From: Octopus sinensis
Taxonomy: Eukaryota
Length of the DNA stretch: 64,000 bases
Reading direction: 5' to 3'
Assembly (NCBI RefSeq): GCF_006345805.1
Contig: NC_043008.1
Location: 43,028,001-43,092,000 of the forward strand
Position 1 is the first letter of the stretch; each line of letters opens with the position of its first letter. Position numbers and translations under genes: made by a program. This document shows, piece after piece, positions 1 through 13,604 of the stretch. Under the pieces are notes generated by a model, which made no database searches, was not told the DNA's origin, and saw nothing but the letters and a program-made list of their open reading frames with translations.

Positions 1-17
1 ATAAATATATATATATA

Positions 18-51
<34 letters not shown>

Positions 52-523
52 CTGTATGCATGTATGTATGTAGTATGTATGTATGTATGTATGTATGTAT
101 GTATGTATGTATGTGTGTGTGTGTATACATATACATACATACGCGGTTATGGGATATAAATACCTGATTGATTAAACAAAGAAACTATATCAAAAGAGAA
201 AAATAGCAATGTATGTTGTTATTGTTTAGCCCAAGGTCAGGCCTGACTCGGCGGAACACTACCAAAAGCGTTCAAATCTTAATCATTCCATCGTTGTTGC
301 ATAGATGACATTGTTATGCCGTGCTAACCATTGTGCCACCTCGCTGCCTTACGCACGCAAACACACACACACGCGCGACACACACACACACATACACACA
401 TACAAACGTAGATACGAGGGTGTGTCAAAAAGTAATGCCATTTTGTTTAGGACAGGTATAATTACCTACAGAGGAACATGTATCATACATCAAAATGAAG
501 CTGGTCATCTGTGGATCACATCC

Positions 524-640
524 CTACTTCTTAACATAGTCACCGTTTTTCTCAATAGCAATGTTCCACCTTCGAATGAGAGCATTTATCCCTGCCCCAT
601 AAAATTCTGTTGACTGTTCTTTGAGCCATTTCTTCATTAC
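524..640 (-). pseudogene. Mariner transposase C-terminal remnant
   Basis: Translates VMKKWLKEQSTEFYGAGINALIRRWNIAIEKNGDYVKK*, matching the typical mariner terminus W....FY..GI..L..RW......GDY. Confidence 0.88.
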
Positions 641-645
641 AAAGT

Positions 646-876
646 CAAAGAGACAACACCTTCTTTCAAAGGCTCGTAACAAATGACGAAACATGGTTTC
701 ATGATTATGAACCGGAATCAAAGAGGCAGTTAATGGAATGGCGTCACTCTACGTCGCCATCACCGAGAAAGTTCAAGACACAAAAGTCAGCTGGAAGAAT
801 CATGGCGACTGTCTTCTGAGATGCTCAAGGCGTCATTCTGGTCGATTTCTTGCCAAAACGAAAAACAATAAACTCA
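646..876 (+). pseudogene. Mariner transposase catalytic-domain remnant (first-Asp region)
   Basis: Translates QRDNTFFQRLVTNDETWFHDYEPESKRQLMEWRHSTSPSPRKFKTQKSAGRIMATVF*DAQGVILVDFLPKRKTINS: the TGDETW motif region, with a stop replacing the W of VFWD. Confidence 0.9.
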
Positions 877-1814
877 TACATAATAAGCTTCATTTTGACG
901 TATGATACATGTTCCTTTGTTGGTAATTATACCTGTCCTAAACAAAATGGCGTTACTTTTTGACTCAACCTCGTATATTAAATAACACAGAAGCTAAAAA
1001 CAAAGGTCAGAACGGGAACAACTTTGATCGAGTGTCTGAGAGATCGAATCTGAGCTGGAGCTAAACGATAACAAAAACCAGATGGTTCTTAAGAACCCTA
1101 AATGATTTTCCACATACACACACGTACCCCCCAAGTACCCCCACACATATAAACGTATTTCGCTCATTGGTTGGGTAGCATTCCTTTACCGCCATATTCT
1201 TTTAGTGTGGGGGTCCTAATACATCATCCCACTTACTCCTGCTGTGATTCGATTTAACACCAATCCATAATCCATGGCTGCCTCTGCTTAACCTTAACGC
1301 CTAATCCTTGAGTGATACCTCTATTTAACACAAACCCCACCCGTTAAGTGTCTCTGTGGAGTTCATTCCTCTGCAAGAACACGGCAACATGTCTCGGTTT
1401 CCTTCCTGCCCATGGTTTCAGACCGGACCTCAACCCTATCAAATAAGATGGTCACTTCCGTCTTCTACCGTTATTTCATGATAGAAATACTCAATTTTTC
1501 AAAACTCTAGCATTAAAAAAACACCCCTCCATATAAGTAAGCGATTCTTGTTTGTTCCTGCTCCAGCTGGTAACTTACTAAATTCATTTCTCCTAAAATA
1601 AATACATTCGTTTACATAAATTAACAAACGAGAGAATAAATATTCACCATGATAAAATTTAGTTGGAGATTTTATGTAGAAACCCTATTTATTTATTTTT
1701 TTTTTTAGGTGTAATAAAATTTCGAATCAAAAATAATCAATTTTACTTTTTCATCTTTCTCCCTGTATCGCCTCCCAACATTCTCTCTCTCCCTCACTCC
1801 CTCTCTGCCTCTCT

Positions 1815-2027
1815 CTATATACATACATACACACACAGATACACACACTCATACATACAATATATATTATATGAGATATTCATACCTGTTTATATATAAA
1901 CATATATGTCTATGTATATATATATATACATACATATATGTATATATACAGATATAACATACATATATATAGATATATATAATATATATATATATACATA
2001 ATATAATAACTATATATCTATATATAT

Positions 2028-2066
<39 letters not shown>

Positions 2067-2211
2067 CGATAACATTAAATATAATATATATGTATATATG
2101 TACTATAGATATAAGTACATGTGATATATATGTATATATTTATATGTATATATACATACATAAATACATATTATATATATATATGATATATATATATATA
2201 TGTATATATAG

Positions 2212-2292
<81 letters not shown>

Positions 2293-2304
2293 CATATATA
2301 TTAG

Positions 2305-2339
<35 letters not shown>

Positions 2340-2359
2340 CATATATATATCTATATACG

Positions 2360-2392
<33 letters not shown>

Positions 2393-2401
2393 GATACATT
2401 A

Positions 2402-2459
<58 letters not shown>

Positions 2460-2460
2460 A
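1815..2460. repeat. Compound (TA)n/(CA)n microsatellite
   Basis: Seen directly; representative of many similar tracts (e.g. 4600-5140, 7900-8300, 24790-25000, 30540-30675, 41290-41495). Confidence 0.95.
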
Positions 2461-2918
2461 CACAACTATACCACACGGCAATACGTTTCTGGTCATGCAC
2501 ATTTCAGAAATATTTGTTCTAAATGTGTTCTTGATCGTACTAGCTTTAATTATCAATTAATGGTTTAATTATGTAAACATTATATTTTTAAGATAACTAA
2601 AAAACTGGTAGATAAAAGCCACGTGACGCAACATATTTTAATCTCCCTCCTCTGTGCTACCAGCTTATGGAGATATCGCTATTACAATTGTAGTTTGGTT
2701 TGCAAACAACGTCTCTAAATTCTACCTCTTCATACACATCTCTCCTTCGCCTTCTTTCTCTTTCTCTACCTGCAACCATCTGTCTGTAATTCTCTTCAAT
2801 TTTGCATGAGGTATCTAGATACCATATAGGTGGTCGCTTAATCTGCTAGAAACAGCAGTCAGATCTTTTCACAGGAAACACGTATATCTTTATATTATAC
2901 GGCTACATTCACATAAAT

Positions 2919-3014
2919 TTGACAAAGAAACAGGTCGACATTGACGTTTCGGTTTGGTTTCAGCATCACTCTCGGAAGATCATGAGGAAACCGACACTTC
3001 GAATTCCCTGTCAA
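2919..3014. mobile_element. Degenerate inverted pair of Penelope-like hammerhead/pLTR remnants
   Basis: The left arm, read on the minus strand, is CTGAAACCAAACCGAAACGTCA; the right arm is CATGAGGAAACCGACACTTCGA. Both approximate CTGATGA-GG-AAA-CC-GAAAC-GTC. An outer TTGACA/TGTCAA inverted repeat closes the region. Confidence 0.4.
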
Positions 3015-3275
3015 CTTTTTCCTTCTAAAAATCAATAAATATATATTCAACTAAAATGTTTAGTGTGATCCTTTAGTTTATATTCAGAAATAACTTCATA
3101 TATAAATACCTCCATTTCATTTATATTTGTATATATTTATGTATGCCAATATATATGCGCGTGCACGTACTTTATTTATGGGTTCACAAGATAACCAATG
3201 GTTTCATTCGAATAGATCTTCACAATTCTTTAAGATTGCCATATGGAAGTGTTGATACTTGTTTCCAATTTGCAG

Positions 3276-3360
<85 letters not shown>

Positions 3361-3503
3361 GAAAAGTACAGTGTACATTTAAGCACATAAGAGATGGCCA
3401 TAATAGGACATCTGACACACTAGAAAGAGCAGTTAAAACTCCAAGCCACTAATCTGGTAGCAAAGAATTTTTCTATAAATTTTTTCTGCTACCCTATGAT
3501 TTA

Positions 3504-3541
<38 letters not shown>

Positions 3542-4059
3542 TATTATATATCTGTATGCTTTATTAATGTTCTACTAGACAGCTTTAACGAAAGCAAGTA
3601 ATGCTCTTAAAATGGCTATGGTTGTATCGCTTATTATCTCTCTCTCTGAATGAAATGTAATTTTGAAAAGGTCTTATATTCTTAACGTGCAAATCCAACG
3701 GTTTTGATATCTTAATCTCTCTACATAGATATCTACGAGATTATTTCTAGTTAAATCTTGTACTATTCCAGTAGGTTTAAACTTTAAGAATATTTCCATT
3801 TAATTCTTCGATTGCTTGAGAATCGCGAAAACATAAAACATTGACATAACTTACGTAATTGGAATTTAAATTTAACATTTTTAAGCTACAGCTTCTCAGC
3901 TGTATCTTCCGGATTATATACAATGCCACAAAGCTCTTGGTCTTTCCAACACACTCATAAACACACAAACACACAAACACGTACACACACAAACACACAC
4001 AGAGACGTACATGTACGTGTGCGTAATATATATAAATGTGTGTGTGTGCGTATATATCC

Positions 4060-4230
4060 CCCTGCACTGGATGGGACGCTGGTCAGTGGCAGGGTGACTC
4101 ATTTTTGCCCGCTGAACAACGTGTAATGAAGTGCTTTACTCAAGAACACAACCCGTCGACCAGTCCAGGGATTGAAACCACAATCTTACGATCATGATTT
4201 CAACACACTAACCACGAAGCCATTCGCCCC
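4060..4230 (-). mobile_element. Degenerate tRNA-derived SINE (head and core)
   Basis: Minus strand has A-box-like TGGCTTCGTGG and B-box-like GGTTTCAATCCC, followed by a GTGTTCTTGAGTAAAGCAC block shared with the 9151 and 24065 copies. Confidence 0.65.
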
Positions 4231-4602
4231 ACCTCCACACATAAACGTGTACTCGTGCATAGGCGTATATAAATATGTTGCCGTTGCTGCTTAACCCTAG
4301 GTCAGGTCTGATTGAACAGACCTGTGACGATCTCAAGCACTCCACATAATGACCACCCTGTCTTGTGAGAGGAGAAGTACGACGATATTCTCCAATATAT
4401 CATATTTTTTAAAAATGTAGATGGCAAGGTTTGACCTGTGAAAAGTCATAATGAGCCACTGGGTAAGACTCGAGTCAGCTCTGATCTTTTGATAAGATAA
4501 ACACAGACTAAGACACACAGACACACACGTATGCGCGTGTGTGTTGCTGTGTGTAGGCATATCTGTGGTACCTTATCGTGTTGATATTAAGCCTGTAATG
4601 TA

Positions 4603-4639
<37 letters not shown>

Positions 4640-4778
4640 ATACTATATATACTAATATATATAATATATATATATATATTATTATATATATTATATACAT
4701 ATATATATATGTATATATGTATATATGTATTATAAGTATGATATATGTGTTATATATATACGTGTGTGTATATATATA

Positions 4779-4811
<33 letters not shown>

Positions 4812-5486
4812 CATACATATAGATATATGTATATATGTATATAGTATATATAAGTAATATATATGTGTGTATATATATATATATAGATATATATATATTA
4901 TTATATATCTATACACATACATATATATATATATGATATATTGTATGTATAAGTATATATATATCGGTGTATATATAATATGTAATGTGTATATAAGTAC
5001 CTATATATATATATATATTTATATATAGAATATATATATATATATATAATATATAATATATATATATATACCACACACATAATATATATATATATCTATT
5101 ATATAGATGTGTGATGTTTTCTGTGTATAATATATATATATTTACTGCTGACATTTTCAAATATCATTTTCTATAAAATACACTAACATATATTTCTTGT
5201 TCTCTCATTTCCTTTCATATTATCTTACCTCGCTTTATCACTTGTCATTACTCTCTTTTTCTCTCTCTCTCTCTCTCTCTCTCCCTCTCTCCTCCAATTC
5301 CTTTACAGAAGATATGCTAAGCTACACTGTATCGCTTTAATATGTTATATATTTTCGGTGTTCTGTAGTTACATATCACATCTCCTCCAACATTGCAATG
5401 ATCACTGACATTCCAACTGTGACCTTCCCACCTTTTGTATGCCCAAGAACACATCGTTCATTGCGTCTTTTCTCTCTTTTACATCT

Positions 5487-5562
5487 TCATCATCATCATC
5501 GTCATCGTCACCGTCATCATCATCTTCGTTATCATCATCATCCTCATCACCACCATCACCAC

Positions 5563-5593
<31 letters not shown>

Positions 5594-5880
5594 TCATCAT
5601 ATCACCAGCCCCATATCTCCCCACCTCCTCAACCCTCCTCCTCCTCCCTCTCCCCCCTCCTCCCCCTCCTCTCCTCTACCTCATCATATCGATGTTCATC
5701 CTTCCGCGTTGTCGTCTTCTTCATCCGCCATCTTAAATCGCCATCCCCACCGACGTCGTCATCTCCGCCTTCAATATCCCCGTCGTCATAGTCATCGTCT
5801 CCATTGTCGTCATCATCACTGCCACCACCATCGTCTTCGTCCTCCTCGTTGTCGTCGTCATTTTCATTGTCATCCATCGA
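5487..5880. repeat. (CAT)n/(CAC)n/(CCT)n/(CGT)n low-complexity tract
   Basis: Trinucleotide repeats that generate the poly-H, poly-S and poly-D ORFs in the track. Confidence 0.9.
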
Positions 5881-6293
5881 TCACCTTAGATTATTCCTAC
5901 TCAAGAATCTAAATTCTTCTGATTTCAGTTGCTTTTGGCTTTTCCGTTTCTTATTCAACCCGGCAGATGTTACTTCCCAACCTTCAATGGTGGGATTTTG
6001 GACATAGACCACAATGGACTAGAATAGGTACCCAAAGGAATCCCGTCCAACGCTTCAACAATTCCGCCTCTTCATCACTTACGACATTCATTCGTTTATT
6101 TAAAAAAAAAAAATGAAATGAAATGCAAAATGGACTTCGTGGGGATTCGAACGTAGAATGTAGAGAACTACAATAAAATATCAACAAGGAAATTAAATCC
6201 ACACACTAACGATCCTCCTGAAACGTCACCTTAGCATTCGGCGTGATTGATTAAAAGGTATCGAAATGTCCGACTCGCCTGGAGTTTATATAT

Positions 6294-6690
6294 ATTTCTT
6301 TACTACTCACAAGGGGCTAAACACAGAGAGGACAAACAAGAACAGACAAACGGATTAAGTCGGTTATATATCGACCCCAGTGCGTAACTGGTACTTATTC
6401 AATCGACCCCGAAAGGATGAAAGGCAAAGTCGACCTCGGCGGAATTTGAACTCAGAACGTAGTGGCAGACGAAATAACTATTTCATTACTACCCACAAGG
6501 GGCTAAACACAGTGATGACAAACAAGAACAGACAAACGGATTAAGTCGATTATATATCGACCCCAGTGCGTAACTGGTACTTATTCAATCGACCCCGAAA
6601 GGATGAAAGGCAAAGTCGACCTCGGCGGAATTTGAACTCAGAACGTAGCGGCAGACGAAATACCGCAAAGCATTTCGCCAGACGTGCTAA
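6294..6690 (-). mobile_element. tRNA-derived SINE (Meta-domain-like), head-to-tail dimer, tail type A
   Basis: Two ~185-bp units, each with B box GAGTTCAAATTCC and a GCCTTTCATCCTTTCGGGGTCGA...AAGTACCAG central block. Perfect 15-bp TSD CTGGAGTTTATATAT at 6279-6293 and 6691-6705. Confidence 0.9.
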
Positions 6691-7156
6691 CTGGAGTTTA
6701 TATATTAAAAAACCGAAATATTGCAGCTAACTATTAGAAACTGATCTAAACTGGAATAAACCGGTGTAATCCATCGTGGAGCAGAGTTAAAGTATAATAA
6801 ATCACGGCAAACATGAATAAATTTGATAATAACATTTGCAACGCGCTGCTTAGCAGGAAACCTATAAAAACACTTGGAGACATGTTTAGTGCACTTCATT
6901 CGTGGTTTAATCATTTTCACAAAATGAATTCCGAACACTTAAACATCCACAGTATTTCTCATATCAATGGAAATAGTTTAAGATTGCATTTTATTTATTT
7001 ATTCATTTATTCATTAAAAACATATATATATATATATATAATATATTATGATATATATATATATATATATAATTATATTATATGCGTATATTCATATATA
7101 TATGGATTATATGTACATGTAAATATGAGCATATATTTATATATAAGCTCATTTAG

Positions 7157-7233
<77 letters not shown>

Positions 7234-7242
7234 CCTACCTAC

Positions 7243-7325
<83 letters not shown>
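7157..7325. repeat. (TATC)n tetranucleotide microsatellite
   Basis: Seen directly; other tracts at 8620-9150, 21120-21250, 29562-29641, 42352-42490 and 52021-52080. Confidence 0.95.
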
Positions 7326-7326
<1 letters not shown>

Positions 7327-7894
7327 ATATATATATATATATATATATACGGACACTTGTATATAGTTATTTGTTTGTTTTTCTCTTCATCAGCTTCATC
7401 GTAATAATCATTCTCCTTTCCCTCCTCCTCCTCCGCCTCTCCCTCATCATCGTCATCGGCGTCGTCTTCATCGTATGCAGTATATCTTTCTGCTAGACTA
7501 GTACGGCAGAAACTCAAGTCTGCATAAACTAATTTACTGGTGAATGTTCCACAGAACTCATCCCACCATGATCTCATATGGGAAAATAATTACAGCCATT
7601 GTAGGACCGATGTGGAGGGGGGAGGGGGAGGAGGGGGGAGAAGGAAGAGAAGAAGAAGGAGAAGGAGGTGAAGACGAAAATGTATGCCAAGGAGAAGACT
7701 GTAGCCGAGGAGAAGAAAGAGAGAGAGAAAGAGAGAAGCAACACTATCATAAGAATCGGTAACAACGAGAGGAAGAACTACCACGTTCTTAAGAATACAA
7801 AACGAAAGAAAAAAAAAACCTACAGAAATGTTGTGAAACATTGTAAAAATATTGGAAATGCATCAGCGTAAAAGATTACACGTGTATACATACA

Positions 7895-7929
<35 letters not shown>

Positions 7930-7959
7930 TTATATTATTTAATAATATATTATACAAAG

Positions 7960-8015
<56 letters not shown>

Positions 8016-8855
8016 TATATATATACATACATATATACGTATATATATACAAATATACGTATATATATATGCATATATATATATATGCTTATATACATCC
8101 TATGTACGTATGTGTATATATATATGTGCATATGTATATATACATACGTACATATCTATGAACGTATGTACGTATCTATACACACACATACATGTTTATC
8201 TCTGTGTGTACATCTATCTATCTATATATATATCTATGCATGTATTTATTTTACATCAGCATATGTGCTGTATAAAACACACACTTACACACACTCACTC
8301 ACACACACGCATTCGTTACATTGGAGTGAGAGGGGGTGTGACGGTCTGCTTGATAAAACTCACGTACCAGATTGCTGTCGTGTGACGAGCGTTGTACGCT
8401 CAAGAATAACAAAAAACGAATTTCTTTGCAATGAAATAAGTTTTGGTAAAAATATAGCAAGGAATTATCAGAGCTGTTTTTTTTTGTTCTATTTTCTGCG
8501 AGCAATCATGATAAATTATATTGTTTGTAGGTTTAGGATGTATCTGGTTGTGTTTGCATTGGTTGGTGATTTATAAACTGAAAATCTAAGATTTCTATTA
8601 GATGGATATCATATTGATGTGTATAGATAGATAGAGACAGATAGATAGAAATGGAAGGAGGGAGAGAATGAGAAGGAGGGAGAAAGAGAGGGAGAGAGTG
8701 ACGTAGACAATGAGATAGTGAGGGGTAGATAGTGAAATAGCTATATTAATGGATATATAGATAGAGAGATAGATAGAGATAGATAGATATATAGGTAGAT
8801 AGATAGATAGGTAGACAGATAGATAGATAGATAGACAGATAGACAGGTAGATATG

Positions 8856-8919
8856 TTTCTTTATTGGCCACACAGGACTGAACACAGAGGGGACAAAATA
8901 CAATGTAGAGCTTTTCTTT
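8856..8919 (-). mobile_element. Extreme 3' end of a Tx1/L1-like LINE embedded in (GATA)n
   Basis: Nearly identical to the 3' end of the 29071-29560 element (AAGAAAAGCTCTACAT...TGTGTGGCCAATAAAGAAA); (GATA)n on both sides. Confidence 0.8.
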
Positions 8920-9030
8920 AGGTAGATAGATAGATAGGTAGATATAGAGAGAAATAGATAGGTAAATAGATATATAGATAAGTAGATAGATAGACAGGAA
9001 GATAGGTAAATAGATAGATAGATAGATGAG

Positions 9031-9080
<50 letters not shown>

Positions 9081-9150
9081 GTAGGTAGACAAGGAGTTTG
9101 GTAGACAGGTAAATTAATCGACAGAAAGATAGATGGATAGACAATAGATA

Positions 9151-9473
9151 ACTCGCACTCCGTCGGTTCCGACGACGAGGGTTCCAGTTGATTCGACCAA
9201 TGGAACAGCCAACACGTGAAATTCAAGTGCAAGTGGCTGAGTACTCCACAGATACATAGCTTAACGTAGTTCTCATGCAGATTCAGCGTGACACAAGATG
9301 TGACAAGGCTGGCCTCCTTTGAAATACAGGTACAACTTGTATTTGCCAGTCGAATGGACTGGAGCAATAGGGAATAATGTGTCTTGCTGAAGAACAAAAC
9401 GCGCTGTCGGGAATTGAACTCATGACCTGACGATCGTGAGCCGAATACCGTAACCACTAAGCCACGCGCCCTC
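9151..9473 (-). mobile_element. Full-length tRNA-derived SINE (family shared with 54572-54884)
   Basis: A box TGGCTTAGTGG and B box GAGTTCAATTCC; body and 3' end (...CCCTCGTCGTCGGAACCGACGGAGTGC) are homologous to the plus-strand copy at 54572. Confidence 0.85.
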
Positions 9474-9509
9474 ACCGGTAATGGAAAAGATATAGATAGA
9501 GTGTGTGTG

Positions 9510-9549
<40 letters not shown>

Positions 9550-10833
9550 GGAGAGAGAGAAAGATACGTAGACAGATAGATAGAGATGGGTTTATTGAGA
9601 TAAATTGATAACTAGAAAGATAGATAAACCGATCGATTAATCGATAAAAAGATAGGTAGACAACAGATAAAAGGTATAAAATGCATCAGATGTGTATATT
9701 TGTGTCTAAATTTAAATACAGAAATCATCTTACTTGCATCCATGAATGCTTACACACCTGTAGTGCACGTCTGTGCCAGCGTCTGCGTGCGTTTATGTGT
9801 GTGTGTGTGTGCATATGTATGTGTGTTTGTGTGTGTGTGTGTGTGTGCATATGTATGTGTGTTTGTGTAGTAGCTGTTATTATTTCTGTTAACTGATGTC
9901 TAAGAATAGTGGAGAGAACGATGTTGACCGTTCAAATTATAGGATAATTGAGTCACGTAATATGTGAGGACAGCGGTCAGAGTTGCTGACAGTGTGTAGA
10001 CAGCATATGAAATTTCTTATTGTTCAGTTTCAGGGCAATACATGACGCACCGGTCACATCATATATCACGTGACATATTATCTATTTTCCTACTTTCGCC
10101 ATCTATTACTAAAACCTACTGTTTATCGTTGTAAGCAAAATGTCTGGATACAATCATGAAACCATGACAAGGTGTTAACAGTATGCACGAAACACACACA
10201 TATGGACGCACACATAGACACACAGACACAAGTTTGTTCAACAGAAGTCTTTCCTTGTACATCTCCCCAATTGCTAGTAATCTTGGAGGCATAGAAACTC
10301 ATAACGTAGCTTGGAATAACTGAGGGTAGTTAACATCGATAATGTATTACGTGGTATACTCAACTAGCAACCGTATTGGTCCCTGGTTGCACTCACACAT
10401 ACACATACATAATGTGCGGTTCGTTTGTTGAAAGGATCAGAAAAACGAAGAACTCAACTAAGTGAAAAGGAAATATCAGATAATAAATACTGGAGTTATA
10501 CGTGAACTACTTCGAGTTTCATGTTTGGAGGGTGCAATCTTCTGTACACATTATATAAGCGTATCCGAATATTGTACCTTGGAAGTATAAGAGTTGAAGT
10601 TTTATGCATCAAATATGTTTATGTATGAATATATATATATATATATACATAAAATATGTGCGTATATGTATATAATTTATATATATAATATATATAGTAA
10701 ATGTATATATTTGCATTTTTGTACGTACGTACGTATACATACATATATATGTATAATATCATATATACATACATACATATATATATATATATCTATATAT
10801 ATATATATATATATAATATATATATATATATAT

Positions 10834-11055
10834 CTCGTGACGTATTTTTGCCATTGCAATATGGCTACCCCTAAGGTGGATGCTACTGTAGTTTTTAGCC
10901 CCAGGAGGACACCACTCCTCCAGCTGGCCATAGACACACTATCTGTGTCCTGTCAGTATTTGCAAGGGAAGTATCCTTCCCGTCGTAACTTATGAACCAC
11001 GGACTCGGTTTCGAGGTATTGACCTCTCGTCAGCGTGTGAATCATAGTTGTAGCC
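10834..11055 (-). mobile_element. Retrozyme-like, hammerhead-containing, ORF-less element inserted in (TA)n
   Basis: 222-bp island of ~50% GC flanked by (TA)n. It contains an intact hammerhead plus hairpins GGAGGA/TCCTCC (10904-10921), GACACA/TGTGTC (10933-10949) and GGGAAG/CTTCCC (10966-10981), and a closing stem GGCTAC (10863-10868)/GTAGCC (11050-11055). Confidence 0.65.
10987..11049 (-). ncRNA. Type I hammerhead ribozyme, canonical core
   Basis: Minus strand: stem I CACG, core CUGACGA, stem II GAGGU-caau-ACCUC, GAAA, stem III C-cga-G, UC cleavage site, then stem I' CGUG. Stem I extends through an internal loop (AACUAUGA/UCAUAAGUU). Confidence 0.88.
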
Positions 11056-11074
11056 TATATATATATATATATAT

Positions 11075-11117
<43 letters not shown>

Positions 11118-11129
11118 ATATATATATAT

Positions 11130-11239
11130 CACCGCGACCGATCAGGCTATCAGATGTTATACCATCGCTGGTCACAATGCGCTTCGCATTGTTTTAGCCT
11201 TCAAATGACGCCACCCCGCTGGCTAAGCGAGCAGGCCAA
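11130..11239 (-). mobile_element. Short repeat fragment in (TA)n, probably the 3' part of a SINE or LINE
   Basis: GC-richer 110-bp island between TA tracts. Family assignment is from recall only. Confidence 0.45.
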
Positions 11240-11597
11240 TATATATATATATATATATATATAATCACTTAACAGTATTAAGTCATCTAGTCTACGCATC
11301 ATAGAGTCTCACCTATCCACCTTGTAGTCAGCACACAGGCACACACTATGAAATCGTGTGTTCATACGGATGTGTCAAAAGATGCTGCCTATTTATGGTG
11401 ACTCAATTTGTGTAAAAAAAAAAATAGCAGCTTAGTGTTCATCAAATGACGCAGGACTGTTTTAAATACAATTATTTGCAAAAAAAGGTAATGTACCAAT
11501 ATAAAAAGACAGGATGGTTACGGCTGGAAGGAGAATCACCATCGCAACACATGGATAATTCATTAACGAAATACTTAATTATGCCTTTAAGGAAATT

Positions 11598-11782
11598 CTT
11601 TTCTACTCTAGGCACAAGGCCTGAACTTTATGGGGAGGGGCGCAGTCGATTAGATTGACCCCAGTACGCAACTGGTACTTAATTTATCGACCCCGAAGGA
11701 ATCAACGACAAAGTCGACCTCAGCGGAATTTGAACTCAGAACGTAAAGACAAACGTGCTAACGATTCTGCCAGCTCGCTGCC
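11598..11782 (-). mobile_element. Meta-like SINE monomer, tail type B (internal deletion in head)
   Basis: Same head and central block as 6294 and 53821; tail ...GGCCTTGTGCCTAGAGTAGAAAAGAA; ~19-bp TSD with 2 mismatches (11579-11597 and 11783-11801). Confidence 0.88.
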
Positions 11783-12563
11783 TTATGTCTTTAGGGAAAT
11801 TAAAAGGCTGAGGGTGTGTCTCTTTGGCTGCTAGACCTGCAGGCAACTACCTTTTAAATTGACCAACTATTGGTTTCAAACAAGGCGAGTTGGTCGTGGG
11901 TGGATTTATTGTGGACAGTCCACCTGGCCAAAGTATGACAGTCGTAGACATATTACAGGCTTGCAAGTCAACGATATAAATACTTAATAAGATGAAGTTT
12001 TGAAGTAAAATGTGCGAGGTGTATGATGGGAAATTATTATTGAACATAGGTGGCGCTAGATAGGAGGAAAGATATGGTGCCAATATTGGTATTTCAATAG
12101 AAACCATTCTATGAATATTCGCTGTTAATTCACTCATCACTTTCGCTTTTTTTTTTGTTCCAAAGCCTTTTGATGTGCCTATTACGATTTAGTGAATAAC
12201 TGTATGGTTTTACACACACACAGACACACACAGACATACAGAAAGACACACAGACAGACAGACAGACACACACACAAACACACACACACAAACGCACATA
12301 GAAATACAGATACACAAACACGTACACATATATACGTATCTGTGTGTATGTCTGTGAGTGATGCCTATGTCTCTACTTATGTATGTATATATGTATATAT
12401 AATATATGATATATGTAGATGCATATATGTATGAATAAGCATGAATGTGTGTGCGTATATATATATATAATATATATATAATATATACATACGTATATAT
12501 ACATATACATACATACATACATATATATATATATTATACATGCATACGCACGTACGTACGCAC

Positions 12564-12598
<35 letters not shown>

Positions 12599-12795
12599 AT
12601 ATATATATAATACAGACACAACACCCACAAAGAAAAGAAACAGGAAGAGAAAATGAGAGTGAATGAATATGTAATGTGAATGAGTGCGTGTGTGTGTGAG
12701 AGAGAGAAGGAGAGGGAGGAAGAGGTGGAGGATGGAGAGAGGAAGAAGACAGACTAAAATGAGACTCAAATACAGATTTATTGGAAACAGATAAT

Positions 12796-12838
<43 letters not shown>

Positions 12839-13322
12839 TGTGTGTGTGAATTTGTGTGATTTTGTCCGTATGGGTATGTATGATCATATTTGTACACGAG
12901 TATGTGTGTATAGGAGTGTGTGATCATCGGTGTGTATATAAGCATGTCTGTGTGTGTGTGTGTGGTGATTAGTGCAGGCGAGTGTGTTTCTTTGCTTGAA
13001 CTTGTAGAATATAGAAATATATCTACGAAATCTCTAGAAATTATATATACATACATATATACATACATGCATACGTACATACATACATACACACATACAT
13101 ACATGCATACATATATATATAATATATATATATGTGTGTGTGTGTATTTATGTCTCTCTCTCTCTTTCTCTCTCGCTCTATCTCTCTCTCTATCTATATA
13201 TATATATAACATACGTATACATGTATGTATATATACATTAGAGAATTTGTGTATATATATTTATATTTATATATATCAATATATATACATATATATTCTA
13301 ATCTGTGTGTATATATAATAAT

Positions 13323-13359
<37 letters not shown>

Positions 13360-13526
13360 TATACTCTCAGACAAACGCACATACACACATGCATATACAC
13401 GCGGTGTATGTATATGCGTGTTCAAACGAATACTATACATGAAGGCAGAAACCTTATTAAACGAACAAAGCGATACGATAAATCAATGCTGTTTGATATA
13501 GAGCACACAACAACAACAACAGTAAA

Positions 13527-13604
<78 letters not shown>

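Larger units (their letters stand above)
415..973. mobile_element. Non-autonomous, internally rearranged mariner (Tc1/mariner) element
   Basis: 88-bp terminal inverted repeats (415-502 CGAGGGTGTGTCAAAAAGTAATGCC...AAGCT vs 886-973), flanked by TA at 413-414 and 974-975; mariner transposase remnants inside. Confidence 0.92.
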
